From an uncultured Sangeribacter sp. (GTDB lineage: Bacteria > Bacteroidota > Bacteroidia > Bacteroidales > Muribaculaceae): a DNA stretch of 64,000 nucleotides. A program made the position numbers and the translations under genes. Each line of letters begins with the position of its first letter. Positions within the stretch are counted from its first letter, which is position 1. Below are positions 48,009 to 57,001 of this stretch, in pieces. Below the pieces are notes generated by a model. That model saw only the letters and a list, made by a program, of their open reading frames with translations. It was not told the origin of the DNA and did no database searches. Location: contig CAYNPB010000001.1 of assembly GCA_964399005.1 (NCBI GenBank), positions 4,776 to 68,775 of the forward strand, read 5' to 3'.

Positions 48009-50387
48009 TTATTCTTTGGCAATGAGTTTTGATGGGTCTGACTTCATTATTCTGTAGATTTGGCACGCCACAATAATGGAAATCAGAAGTATGATTACGA
48101 CAAGTCCCAGAATGATAGGACCTACAGGTGAGAGTGTTATGTTTGGAATCATCGTTTTGACTATATCGCTTATAATTATATTGAACACAACACTTGCCGG
48201 GATCACAATTACAGACGTCACAATTATCAAAATGAAATACAGTTTACCAAACATTCGGAATATATCGTAGTTTTTTGCGCCATTCACTTTTCTGATTGCT
48301 ACTTCCTTCTTTCTTGTACGAGTGTCAAGTGTAATGGAACTGAAGATACTCATAGCGCAAATAATCAAGCTGATTATTCCCAATATATATCCACCCGTAC
48401 GGGCAGAAGACACTAAAAGTGATTCAGGACTAAGTCTCAACCTCATATTAAAGGATAATGGAGTAATCGACTCAGATTCAAGACGCTGCAAAACAGCATC
48501 AATATCTTTGGCAAGTGATTTGGATTTCCCTGCTTTAGGAACAAGTACAAAACTTTCCTCGGATGCATTCAGATCAGGAGTGATTGCTATAGAGGTCAAC
48601 TTCTCCGTTTCATATGGAAGGGTATTTATCAGCCCGGCTATCGGCAAGGTAAGAAGCCGTTTCTGTTCTTTGTTGTGTATTGAGACAGTCAAGGAGTTGT
48701 CGTTGAGCAATCCCAGACGAGACAACTTAGAATAAAGTTTTTTGCTGACCAGCAAACATCGGCTACGATCTATATCCTTATTAAACCACTCTAAATCAGG
48801 ACGCAGGAAAGAGATAAAAGAAGTATCGTTGGTGAAATAAAAAGGGAAATAAGTCTGACCATCTAATTTGTCTTTTGCTTCCGGATTATCAAGAACATTT
48901 TCGATGGGATAGTAACCCATTGAAAGCATTATCATCTCTTTTAGAGACGGAAGATTTCTGACTGCCTCCAACAATTCATCCGGGTGGTCGGAAGCATATA
49001 AAAGAAGCATCGTGCTGTTCTTAATTTCGTTGTCGTTGTCAGGAATATTGTAAGCTTTCAGCATTTCATTTCCTCCACGAATCAAGATGAAAGTACAGCA
49101 TAGAAAAAGACTGCAGATAGCAACTTGAATCCCTAACATCACATTGCGAAAGAAATGATTTCTTCTGCGGCGCATATTGGCGCCAAGACCTTCTCCTGAT
49201 TTGGAAATTCGGATCAGAGTCAACCAGACTATCACACCGCAAATGATGAGCAAAGCGCCTCCTATGGTCAGGCTATAGATCCAAAGATTCCTTATATCAA
49301 ATGGAAGTTTCTCCATGAGTAGACTAAATGAAGAATTGATGAAATCTTCCATCAAGAAGCCGAGAATCACAGCTGTGATGACCGATAAGCAAATTGTAAT
49401 GAAAACTTCTGAGAAGAGCAAGATAAAGAGTTTTGAGAGGGAAGCACCATTCACAATGCGTAGTGAAAGTTCCCGACGGCGAATCCAAAACAATTGAATC
49501 TGAAGCCGTAAGAAGCCGATTATAGCAGCTATAAGAATGAGCGAACTGATGATATAGACGAGAGTTCTTACCGCAGATATGATATCGGCAGAATCAAATA
49601 TGTCCGAAATCTCTGCTTTCAAGCCTGTCAATCCTAATGGCTTGACTTTTTGATTTATTTCATTCTCCAGATCTCGGATATTACTTCCCCTTTTCACCTC
49701 TACATTGATCCATCCGGCATGAAACGCATCCATTTCGTCATCTGCAATGTCGTCGCTTACACAATAATAGAAAATATCATTTTGCATAGGTGATTCATTG
49801 ATAGAAAGATTGCGATAAACGTCAACTATTGTCACCGGAAACGGCTGATTCTCGCTTGTAAGATTCTGGACTGTACCGATAGGATTCTTATCCTGAAAAA
49901 GCAATTTAGCCAATTTTTCGCTTAGAATAGCCTCGCCCCTTTTCAGGACTCTGATCTTTTTCCCCGTAATAGCTGATCTAAGGCCTGCAAAGTTAGGATA
50001 TTCCGGATCCAATATCGAGGCGCCAATCGGTCCTTTCCTTATTGTAGAGTCGGGTAAATGGAATTCAGCCTCAAGATAGTCACGAAATCCGGAAGGGACT
50101 GCAATTCTTTCAGCATTCTTCAGGCCGCCTGCTTCAGTAAGAAGACGCAACAATTCATTATCTATCTTCTTTGGCTCTCCATCTTCGGTTTCAAACCTTA
50201 TCTTGAAACTGCGATCATAGTAGGGTTCGTTGTATATTTCCGGCAAGCGAAAACCGATTAGTATAGAATGGGCTAATGATATAGTAACAATACCTATAGC
50301 TATACTAAGTATGCTTATCAGGGTCTGAAGTTTATACTTCATAAGGTTGCGGATGGCAACTTTAAGATTGTGGAAAATCATGTTCAT
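48009..50387 (-). CDS. ABC transporter permease (MacB/FtsX-like, two-repeat)
   Basis: HNLKVAIRNL, RRRELSLRIVNGA, RKKEVAIRKVNGA, terminal DPSKLIAKE. Confidence 0.9.
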   Translation of the reverse strand: MNMIFHNLKVAIRNLMKYKLQTLISILSIAIGIVTISLAHSILIGFRLPEIYNEPYYDRSFKIRFETEDGEPKKIDNELLRLLTEAGGLKNAERIAVPSGFRDYLEAEFHLPDSTIRKGPIGASILDPEYPNFAGLRSAITGKKIRVLKRGEAILSEKLAKLLFQDKNPIGTVQNLTSENQPFPVTIVDVYRNLSINESPMQNDIFYYCVSDDIADDEMDAFHAGWINVEVKRGSNIRDLENEINQKVKPLGLTGLKAEISDIFDSADIISAVRTLVYIISSLILIAAIIGFLRLQIQLFWIRRRELSLRIVNGASLSKLFILLFSEVFITICLSVITAVILGFLMEDFINSSFSLLMEKLPFDIRNLWIYSLTIGGALLIICGVIVWLTLIRISKSGEGLGANMRRRRNHFFRNVMLGIQVAICSLFLCCTFILIRGGNEMLKAYNIPDNDNEIKNSTMLLLYASDHPDELLEAVRNLPSLKEMIMLSMGYYPIENVLDNPEAKDKLDGQTYFPFYFTNDTSFISFLRPDLEWFNKDIDRSRCLLVSKKLYSKLSRLGLLNDNSLTVSIHNKEQKRLLTLPIAGLINTLPYETEKLTSIAITPDLNASEESFVLVPKAGKSKSLAKDIDAVLQRLESESITPLSFNMRLRLSPESLLVSSARTGGYILGIISLIICAMSIFSSITLDTRTRKKEVAIRKVNGAKNYDIFRMFGKLYFILIIVTSVIVIPASVVFNIIISDIVKTMIPNITLSPVGPIILGLVVIILLISIIVACQIYRIMKSDPSKLIAKE

Positions 50388-50410
50388 AACGTAATCCTTT
50401 TTTGATGATG

Positions 50411-50507
50411 CAAAGATACATGAATAAGCGTTAACTTCAAAGCCTATTGCATCTCCCGAATAACGATTGGATGAAAATCATACATCTTCCTGTATGATTT
50501 TCATCCA
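50411..50507 (-). promoter_or_regulatory. Promoter plus 40-bp double-palindrome operator, copy 2
   Basis: -7 TATCTTTG (50411-50418), -33 TTTG (50438-50441), operator TGGATGAAAATCATACA-N6-TGTATGATTTTCATCCA (50468-50507). Confidence 0.85.
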
Positions 50508-50585
50508 ACAAACACTTTGTTCGCTTACCCAACAATTCGTAAGTGGAATTTAGAGTCAAAAAAATCAATTTTGTAGTTATATTTG

Positions 50586-50616
50586 TTGTATTTATAATAC
50601 AAATATATTATCTTTG
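50586..50616 (+). promoter_or_regulatory. TA operon promoter with palindromic operator
   Basis: TTGTATT-TAT-AATACAA inverted repeat just upstream of a TATCTTTG -7 box. Confidence 0.55.
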
Positions 50617-50657
50617 CAATGAAGTTGTTTATACATCAGTGAAAAATATTATTAGTT

Positions 50658-50912
50658 ATGGATATTGCATTAAAAAAGAATCAGAGCTTTAGGCTCTCCG
50701 TGGAGCTTATTGATAAACTAAAGCAACTTGCCAAACGTCAGAATAGAAGTCTGAATAATTATGTTGAGACATTACTTCTTGACGCAGCATACCATGAACC
50801 CAACAAAACTACCATTGCTGCAATGAAGGAGGCTGAAAGCGATCTCATGGATAATGTCACTCCTCTTGATTTATCTTCAATAGAAGCTATGGAAAAATCT
50901 ATGGGCTTATGA
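50658..50912 (+). CDS. Ribbon-helix-helix antitoxin
   Basis: SFRL...LKQLAKRQNRSLNNYVE RHH; PNKTTIAAM RelB/DinJ-like motif; overlaps the toxin start. Confidence 0.8.
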   Translation: MDIALKKNQSFRLSVELIDKLKQLAKRQNRSLNNYVETLLLDAAYHEPNKTTIAAMKEAESDLMDNVTPLDLSSIEAMEKSMGL

Positions 50913-51181
50913 AAAATCTTAAGCCAACTTCCCAATATAAAAAGGACTATAAGAGATATCGAAAAAAACCAACTAAAATAAAGAAATTATTCGATATACT
51001 TGAATTGCTCAAGAATGATAAACCAATTCCTGAGGAGAACAGGCCTCATCCACTCACAGGGAATTATCGCGGACATATGGAATGCCATATAGAAGGAGAT
51101 TTCCTTCTGATTTGGATGGATCCAAATAGTGACACCATTAGTTTGGTACGACTTGGGTCACACTCAGAATTGTTCGGTTAA
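50909..51181 (+). CDS. yafQ: YafQ-family mRNA interferase toxin
   Basis: HPLTGNY, ECHIEGDFLLI, RLGSHSELF. Confidence 0.9.
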   Translation: MKNLKPTSQYKKDYKRYRKKPTKIKKLFDILELLKNDKPIPEENRPHPLTGNYRGHMECHIEGDFLLIWMDPNSDTISLVRLGSHSELFG

Positions 51182-51225
51182 TATTTTTGAGTCTCCGATC
51201 ATCGCACAAGGATAAATAGGCATCT

Positions 51226-52476
51226 TTATTTTAGAAGGAGGATGTCGGAGTCGCCTAATTTATCGTAGCCGCTTATGAGGATTCTGTCGCCGGGTTGCAG
51301 TCCTGAGATGACTTCATATTGTTGCGGATTCTGACGCCCTATCTCAATTTCAGTCTTGTAGGCAGTCTTGCCGTCGGAAGATAGTTTGTAGATCCAATGT
51401 CCAGAGGTAGACTGATAGAAATCCCCTCTTGGTATCACCATACTCTTTTCGGGGCGTGCCAATTCGATTTGCACACGGTAGCTCTTTCCGAGACGGACAT
51501 TCGATGGTCGGTCGCCGGAAAATAGGAGATCGCAGGTAAAAGTACGTTCTTTGACTTCCGGAAGGACTTTACTGATTTTCATCGGAAATTTTTCATTTTG
51601 ATATTGTATATTGGCAGGCAGCCCTGTTACAATCCGATCGATATAATATTCCGGAAGAGACACTCGAATCTTATATTCAGTCATTACCTTAATCTCTCCT
51701 ATATTTGCGCCGGGAGCTACCTGCTGACCCAATGTCACATTCAAGAAACTCAATTGTCCTGCCACGGGAGTTCGAACGACAAGATTGGCAGTTCGCTCCG
51801 TAGTACGTGCAAGTTTTCGTATGGAAGCCTCACGATTAGCTTTCACCATCTCCTTTTTCAGAAGAGTAGTCACTGAGTCATGCCGTAGACTCTTCATCTG
51901 AAGTTCAGCTTTCTTATGCTGATAATTGTAATCTTCTTCAGCCACTTCCAATTCAGCCTTGCTCTTTATGCCCATACGAAATTCCTCTCTGCTTTGTTGC
52001 AAAGACTTGTCGAGCGAAGCCATCTGATGCTCTGCATCAAGAGCCTGCTGACGCAAAGTGATGGAGCGCTGCTCCATTTCTATCTCCTGCTCCTGATAGT
52101 TGCGCTGCTGATTCTGCCATTCAGCTTCTTCATCCTCTATAGTACGAAGCAAGGAGATATTTGACAGAACAAGGATGGTGTCGCCTACATCAAGCATTGC
52201 ACCTTCTTCTGCAACAATTCGCTCTACATACCCACTCTCCAATGCATTGATCTGAATAATCTGGATAGGGTGAACGATTCCTTCTACATCCAAGTATTCT
52301 AAAAATGGAATTTCTTCCACTCTCGCTATACTGTAGTCTTCTGCATCGATTTTCAACCTACGGGGTCCGAATGCGAGTATGCTGACATATACTGATAAAG
52401 AAAGAAAGGCAATTCCTAATATGATATAGGATAAATATCGTATGAACCAAGGTTTCTTTTTTAATTGGATATCCAT
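51226..52476 (-). CDS. Efflux periplasmic adaptor subunit (MFP)
   Basis: N-terminal TM, coiled coil, TPVAGQL, GRQNPQQYEVISGLQPGD. Confidence 0.9.
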   Translation of the reverse strand: MDIQLKKKPWFIRYLSYIILGIAFLSLSVYVSILAFGPRRLKIDAEDYSIARVEEIPFLEYLDVEGIVHPIQIIQINALESGYVERIVAEEGAMLDVGDTILVLSNISLLRTIEDEEAEWQNQQRNYQEQEIEMEQRSITLRQQALDAEHQMASLDKSLQQSREEFRMGIKSKAELEVAEEDYNYQHKKAELQMKSLRHDSVTTLLKKEMVKANREASIRKLARTTERTANLVVRTPVAGQLSFLNVTLGQQVAPGANIGEIKVMTEYKIRVSLPEYYIDRIVTGLPANIQYQNEKFPMKISKVLPEVKERTFTCDLLFSGDRPSNVRLGKSYRVQIELARPEKSMVIPRGDFYQSTSGHWIYKLSSDGKTAYKTEIEIGRQNPQQYEVISGLQPGDRILISGYDKLGDSDILLLK

Positions 52477-52510
52477 ATTAATTTAGAATTTAGAATGTAT
52501 AATTTGGAAA

Positions 52511-53980
52511 TTAGGTATTAAGTAGCAATTCTTCTTTGGTAAGTGGTTGGCCGGTTTCGAAATCGTAAGAAGTCATGCTTCGGAGGGTGTAATAAAGGGT
52601 CCAGTAGGTTCGCATTGTATTGATGAAATTGCGTTTGGCATTATTGCGTTCAGTCACAGCCGTCATTAAGTCGAGAATTCTGATCCTTCCCATAATAAAG
52701 AGTTTCATCGCAACCGAGTGACGCTGAGAAGCCCTGCTGTCGGTCAAGGCTGCTATATTTACTTTCCGTCCTTGCATATTAAATTGCAAGACGAGTTTCT
52801 CGATATTTCGCGTGAAGTCGTTCATACCTTGTTCGGCGACCGTATTTGTCAGAGCAAGTTGGGATTTAGCTACTTTCACTTTTCCTCTGCCTCTTCCCCA
52901 ATCCAATATCGGAAGGGAAAGAGAAATACTTGCATATTCCTGATGCATTAGATTGCTAAACGACTTTCCTAAGTCAGGGCCTGTTTGTGAGAGACCGAAC
53001 TGGACATATAAGTCAGCTTTTAACCTTGCATTGGCTTTGGCATAAGCAAGATTACTCTCGCTTTCCTTCACTATGCGCTTATAATAATCCGGATCAGGGC
53101 TATTTTCCATCGCCAATTGCAATGCTCTATCCAAGTGGACTTCAAAATCAGGTACTGTTTCAGGTAAGATTAGGCTTAATTCCGAATCTTCTTCCAAGGC
53201 AAGAAAAGTGCGAAATCTTTGCCTGACCTCTCTAAGATTAATTTCAGCATCCATCACATTTGTTTCTTCATTAAGACGGTTGATTTCCAACTGAAGCATC
53301 TCATTTTCAGTGATAGTTCCAATTTCATATCTTCCCTGAGCCATCCGATAGAGGGTATCAGCTGAAGCAAAATTCTGTCGGGCCATTTCCAATTCAGTCT
53401 GAGCAGCGGCTAAAGAGAAAAAATGGGTTGTGGCATTGGCTGAAATTAGCTCGAGAGTCTCCGCATATTGTTTCTTGGCTTCACGATAGCGAATCGGTTC
53501 GATCTTTCTATCCCATTTCAATGCATTATAACCAAAAAGACTCTGTTCATATCCGATAAGTAAGGGTTGAGTGCTGTAGGCAGTGGTTCCATTTTGGAAT
53601 TCATCAAGGCGGTTGAACGAACTTTTAATGAAAAAGCTACCTCCCGTAAGGCTGATATTTTGATTTATCTTGAGAGTAAGATCTGCGCCAAACTGATCCT
53701 GCCTAATGAACTTTGCGCTTCCGTCAGACTGAGTTATCTTATTCATTTCCTTATTGATATAAGGGGAAGATGATAGAGTGACGGAAGGAAGATAGTTTGC
53801 CCGATAATACCGATAGTTCCAATGAGCAGCAAGATAGGTATTTCTTGCACTCTGAGCTGAAGGAGATTGCTTTCTTGCGAGCGTGATGACATCTTGCAAA
53901 CTCAACTGTAGAGTGTCGGCTTCTGACGCTTTCATATTGAAAGCTATCATCAAAACGAATATCAATAATAATTTCCTCAT
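52511..53980 (-). CDS. TolC-family outer membrane protein
   Basis: Signal peptide from MRKLL, ANYLP, SLPILDWG, helical repeats. Confidence 0.9.
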   Translation of the reverse strand: MRKLLLIFVLMIAFNMKASEADTLQLSLQDVITLARKQSPSAQSARNTYLAAHWNYRYYRANYLPSVTLSSSPYINKEMNKITQSDGSAKFIRQDQFGADLTLKINQNISLTGGSFFIKSSFNRLDEFQNGTTAYSTQPLLIGYEQSLFGYNALKWDRKIEPIRYREAKKQYAETLELISANATTHFFSLAAAQTELEMARQNFASADTLYRMAQGRYEIGTITENEMLQLEINRLNEETNVMDAEINLREVRQRFRTFLALEEDSELSLILPETVPDFEVHLDRALQLAMENSPDPDYYKRIVKESESNLAYAKANARLKADLYVQFGLSQTGPDLGKSFSNLMHQEYASISLSLPILDWGRGRGKVKVAKSQLALTNTVAEQGMNDFTRNIEKLVLQFNMQGRKVNIAALTDSRASQRHSVAMKLFIMGRIRILDLMTAVTERNNAKRNFINTMRTYWTLYYTLRSMTSYDFETGQPLTKEELLLNT

Positions 53981-53996
53981 CAGTCTATTTTTTCTG

Positions 53997-54093
53997 CAAA
54001 GATATGCTTGTGGCAATAAAAGACAATGAATCGGCCAACTTTAAAAAGCGGTTTGGATGAAAATCATACAAAACAGTGTATGATTTTCATACA
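53997..54093 (-). promoter_or_regulatory. Promoter plus 40-bp double-palindrome operator, copy 3
   Basis: -7 TATCTTTG (53997-54004), -33 ATTG (54024-54027), operator TGGATGAAAATCATACA-N6-TGTATGATTTTCATACA (54054-54093). Confidence 0.85.
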
Positions 54094-54190
54094 GATTGAT
54101 CAAAAAGAGAATAAATGTCTTTGAAAAGCATGATTTAACCAATAAAATCGTTAATTTTGCATCGTATTATACAGCCTTCACTAAAGAAAT

Positions 54191-54721
54191 ATGAATTATT
54201 CGCAGAAATACTGCACAATACTTGTAGTTGATGATAATCCTGCTATCCTGACAGCTGTGAAAATATGTCTTGATAAGGTTTTCGAGCGCATACTCACACT
54301 CTCTTCACCCGACACTCTGATAAAGATATTAGGGCAAGAGAAGATTGATATCATACTGCTCGATATGAACTTCTCACATGGCGTCAATTCAGGACAGGAT
54401 GGATTATTATGGTTGTCAGCTATCCGGAAAAGGCATCCTGACATTCCGGTTGTCTTAGTGACGGCATACGCTGATGTGAAGCTGGCTGTCAGAGGTCTTA
54501 AAAATGGTGCAACGGATTTCGTGACAAAGCCTTGGGATAATGACGAACTTATACGAGTGCTGAAAGATGCGGTAGATAAGACTAAGGATGTAGCCACTCT
54601 CGAGGAGATAGAAAAGGAACATGTGAAGAAAGTGGTAGACAAATGCAACGGCAACATGAGCAGAGCAGCTGAACTGCTCGGCATCACTCGCCAGACATTA
54701 TACAGAAAGTATCAGCCATGA
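54191..54721 (+). CDS. Response regulator, receiver plus Fis-type HTH (no AAA+ domain)
   Basis: VVDDN, LLDMN, VTAY, KPW; C-terminal GNMSRAAELLGITRQTLYRK; only 176 aa. Confidence 0.9.
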   Translation: MNYSQKYCTILVVDDNPAILTAVKICLDKVFERILTLSSPDTLIKILGQEKIDIILLDMNFSHGVNSGQDGLLWLSAIRKRHPDIPVVLVTAYADVKLAVRGLKNGATDFVTKPWDNDELIRVLKDAVDKTKDVATLEEIEKEHVKKVVDKCNGNMSRAAELLGITRQTLYRKYQP

Positions 54722-55578
54722 TCATAGCTGCGTCAATAGCCATTGCGATAATCGTCGGCTTAGCAATCGGAGTATATCGCCACCAATGTCTTTTGAGAGA
54801 CAGGGCGAGGATGATGCGCGACGCCATGCGTTATCGTGACTTCACCTTCCGGTTGCCTACGAAAGGACTCTTATTCGGTGAAAAAGCCCTTCAAAATGCG
54901 CTCAATGACATGGGGCATGAAATAGAAAAACTCGTGGCTCACAATGAAGTGGAATCGTGGCAGCGTCTTACTCGGGTTTTGACACATGAGATCATGAACG
55001 CCACAACTCCTATTCAGAGCATAAGCCAGGCATATCTATCGAATGAAGAGATAAAAGGAACACCTTATGAAGAAGGAATTAAGGCTATATATGAGACAAG
55101 CACTGGATTGGCTACATTTGTGAGCAACTATCGGAAAATGACGCAACTCCAGGATCCGAAAATAAAGGATATGCCTTTATTTTCATTTTGCCAAAGCATA
55201 GAGACTCTCTATAGTCAGTTGAAATGGATAATAGAGGTTCCGCAAGATAAAACGATACGTGCAGACGAGTCAATGCTTCGCCAAGTATTTATCAATCTGA
55301 TAAAAAATGCAATTGAAGCAGATGCAAAGACCATCGGAATCAATTATGATTATAAGAAATCTGCATTGCTGATCAGCAACGACGGCCATGTGATTCCGGA
55401 TGACATAGCAAGAGAAATCTTCATACCTTTTTTCACAACCAAACAGACAGGCTCGGGAATAGGACTTTCGTTGTCACGCCAGATGCTCTTGAAGCAAGGT
55501 CTCATCTTGAGTCTTTCTCAGCATCCGACAAGAGGCTACAATGTCACATTCCTTCTTGAATCAACACACTATAGCTAA
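54718..55578 (+). CDS. Sensor histidine kinase (short, single TM)
   Basis: RVLTHEIMN H-box, NLIKNA N-box, FFTTK..GSGIGL. Confidence 0.9.
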   Translation: MIIAASIAIAIIVGLAIGVYRHQCLLRDRARMMRDAMRYRDFTFRLPTKGLLFGEKALQNALNDMGHEIEKLVAHNEVESWQRLTRVLTHEIMNATTPIQSISQAYLSNEEIKGTPYEEGIKAIYETSTGLATFVSNYRKMTQLQDPKIKDMPLFSFCQSIETLYSQLKWIIEVPQDKTIRADESMLRQVFINLIKNAIEADAKTIGINYDYKKSALLISNDGHVIPDDIAREIFIPFFTTKQTGSGIGLSLSRQMLLKQGLILSLSQHPTRGYNVTFLLESTHYS

Positions 55579-55680
55579 TGCATAATTCATAATGCATAAT
55601 TCATAATTCACTATTGTTAATGCTTAATTCATAATGGATAATTCATTATTCATAATGTACAATTCATAAAGCTTATTTCA
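55576..55680. repeat. Degenerate heptamer tandem repeat, 15 units, consensus TAAT(T/G)CA
   Basis: taatgca taattca taatgca taattca taattca ctattgt taatgct taattca taatgga taattca ttattca taatgta caattca taaagct tatttca. Confidence 0.85.
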
Positions 55681-55716
55681 TAATCTTATGCTTGATCTTA
55701 TACTTTGGATTAAGCT

Positions 55717-56997
55717 TTATGCGTTGGATCTTAGAGACTTCATGTATGCGTCGAGCTTTGATTCGGCCGGATTTGGCTGTGGGGTCCAGAACTTGGCACC
55801 TACCAAAGCATCTGGAAGATATTGCTGAGCTGCATAATGATTTTTAAAATCATGGGCATACTTGTAGTCGTGTCCATATCCCATATCTTTCATAAGGGAA
55901 GTAGGAGCATTACGCAAATGCAATGGCACGGGGAGATCTCCTGTCTTCCGGACCATTTCAAGGGCATTATCTATTGAAAGATAAGCGGAATTGCTCTTGG
56001 GAGATGTGGCAAGGTAAATAGTGCATTCAGCCAATATTATTCTTCCTTCAGGCCAACCGATTTTCTGCAGCGCATCGAAAGTGGCATTGGCAAGCAAAAG
56101 TGCATTAGGATTCGCAAGGCCTATGTCCTCAGCAGCTAAAATAACAAGCCGCCGAGCTATGAACTTTGGATCTTCGCCTCCTGCTACCATTCTGGCAAGC
56201 CAATAGATTGCAGCATCGGGATCACTTCCACGCACCGACTTAATGAAAGCAGAAATAATATCGTAGTGCATTTCGCCATTGCGGTCATAGGCCGCAGGAT
56301 TCACCTGAAGACAGTTCGTCACAAACTCATCATCGATCACTACAGGAGAGTCTTCCGGCACGCTCTGTTCCAAAAGATCGAGGATATTAAGAAGTTTTCT
56401 TGCATCGCCTCCCGCGAATCGGAAAAGAGCCTTGGTAGACTTTACCTCAACATTTCTTTTAGAAAGAACCCTGTCATTTTTTATGGCACGGTCAAGAAGA
56501 ATCTGCAAATCCTCTTCCTCAAGCGATTTCAAAGTGTACACCTGAGCCCGGCTCAAAAGGGGACGGATCACTTCAAAAGAAGGATTCTCCGTTGTGGCTC
56601 CTATAAGAGTGACTACCCCTTTTTCCACCGCTCCCAAGAGGGAATCTTGCTGAGCCTTATTGAACCGATGAATTTCATCGATGAAAAGTATCGGACGAGC
56701 CTTTGCAAACATACTTGAAGCCTCCCTTGTGCACTTTTCAATCACGTCGCGGACATCTTTCACACCGGAAGTCACGGCACTGAGAGTATAGAAAGGTGCA
56801 TCAATGGTGTTGGCTATGATACGAGCGAGGGTAGTTTTCCCAACTCCGGGAGGGCCCCAGAGAATGAAGGAATTAATCTTCCCGGATTCGATCATATTGC
56901 GGATGATACCCCCTTCTCCTACAAGATGTTTCTGCCCAATATAGTCATCAAGGGTATTGGGGCGTAAGCGTTCTGCGAGAGGTTCGAAGTTGTGCAT
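55717..56997 (-). CDS. rarA: Replication-associated recombination protein A
   Basis: PLAERLRP, WGPPGVGKTT, DEIHRFNKAQQD, ATTENPSF, SAFIKSVRGSD, VPLHLRNA. Confidence 0.95.
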   Translation of the reverse strand: MHNFEPLAERLRPNTLDDYIGQKHLVGEGGIIRNMIESGKINSFILWGPPGVGKTTLARIIANTIDAPFYTLSAVTSGVKDVRDVIEKCTREASSMFAKARPILFIDEIHRFNKAQQDSLLGAVEKGVVTLIGATTENPSFEVIRPLLSRAQVYTLKSLEEEDLQILLDRAIKNDRVLSKRNVEVKSTKALFRFAGGDARKLLNILDLLEQSVPEDSPVVIDDEFVTNCLQVNPAAYDRNGEMHYDIISAFIKSVRGSDPDAAIYWLARMVAGGEDPKFIARRLVILAAEDIGLANPNALLLANATFDALQKIGWPEGRIILAECTIYLATSPKSNSAYLSIDNALEMVRKTGDLPVPLHLRNAPTSLMKDMGYGHDYKYAHDFKNHYAAQQYLPDALVGAKFWTPQPNPAESKLDAYMKSLRSNA

Positions 56998-57001
56998 GAG
57001 A

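Noticed and set aside
54024-54040. Sigma54-like -24/-12 element (TTGGC-N7-TTGT, minus strand) upstream of tolC
   Set aside because: The match is imperfect, present in only one of three promoters, close to the operator and overlapping the -33 box. It could be vestigial but is unsupported.
45231-54093. 40-bp palindromes as CRISPR repeats, MITE ends or DNA inversion sites
   Set aside because: Copies are kilobases apart with no spacers. No cas, recombinase or transposase gene is present, and the fixed distance to promoter boxes fits operators better.
55576-55680. Heptamer array as a CRISPR array or coding repeat
   Set aside because: Units are 7 bp with no unique spacers, and there is no credible ORF.
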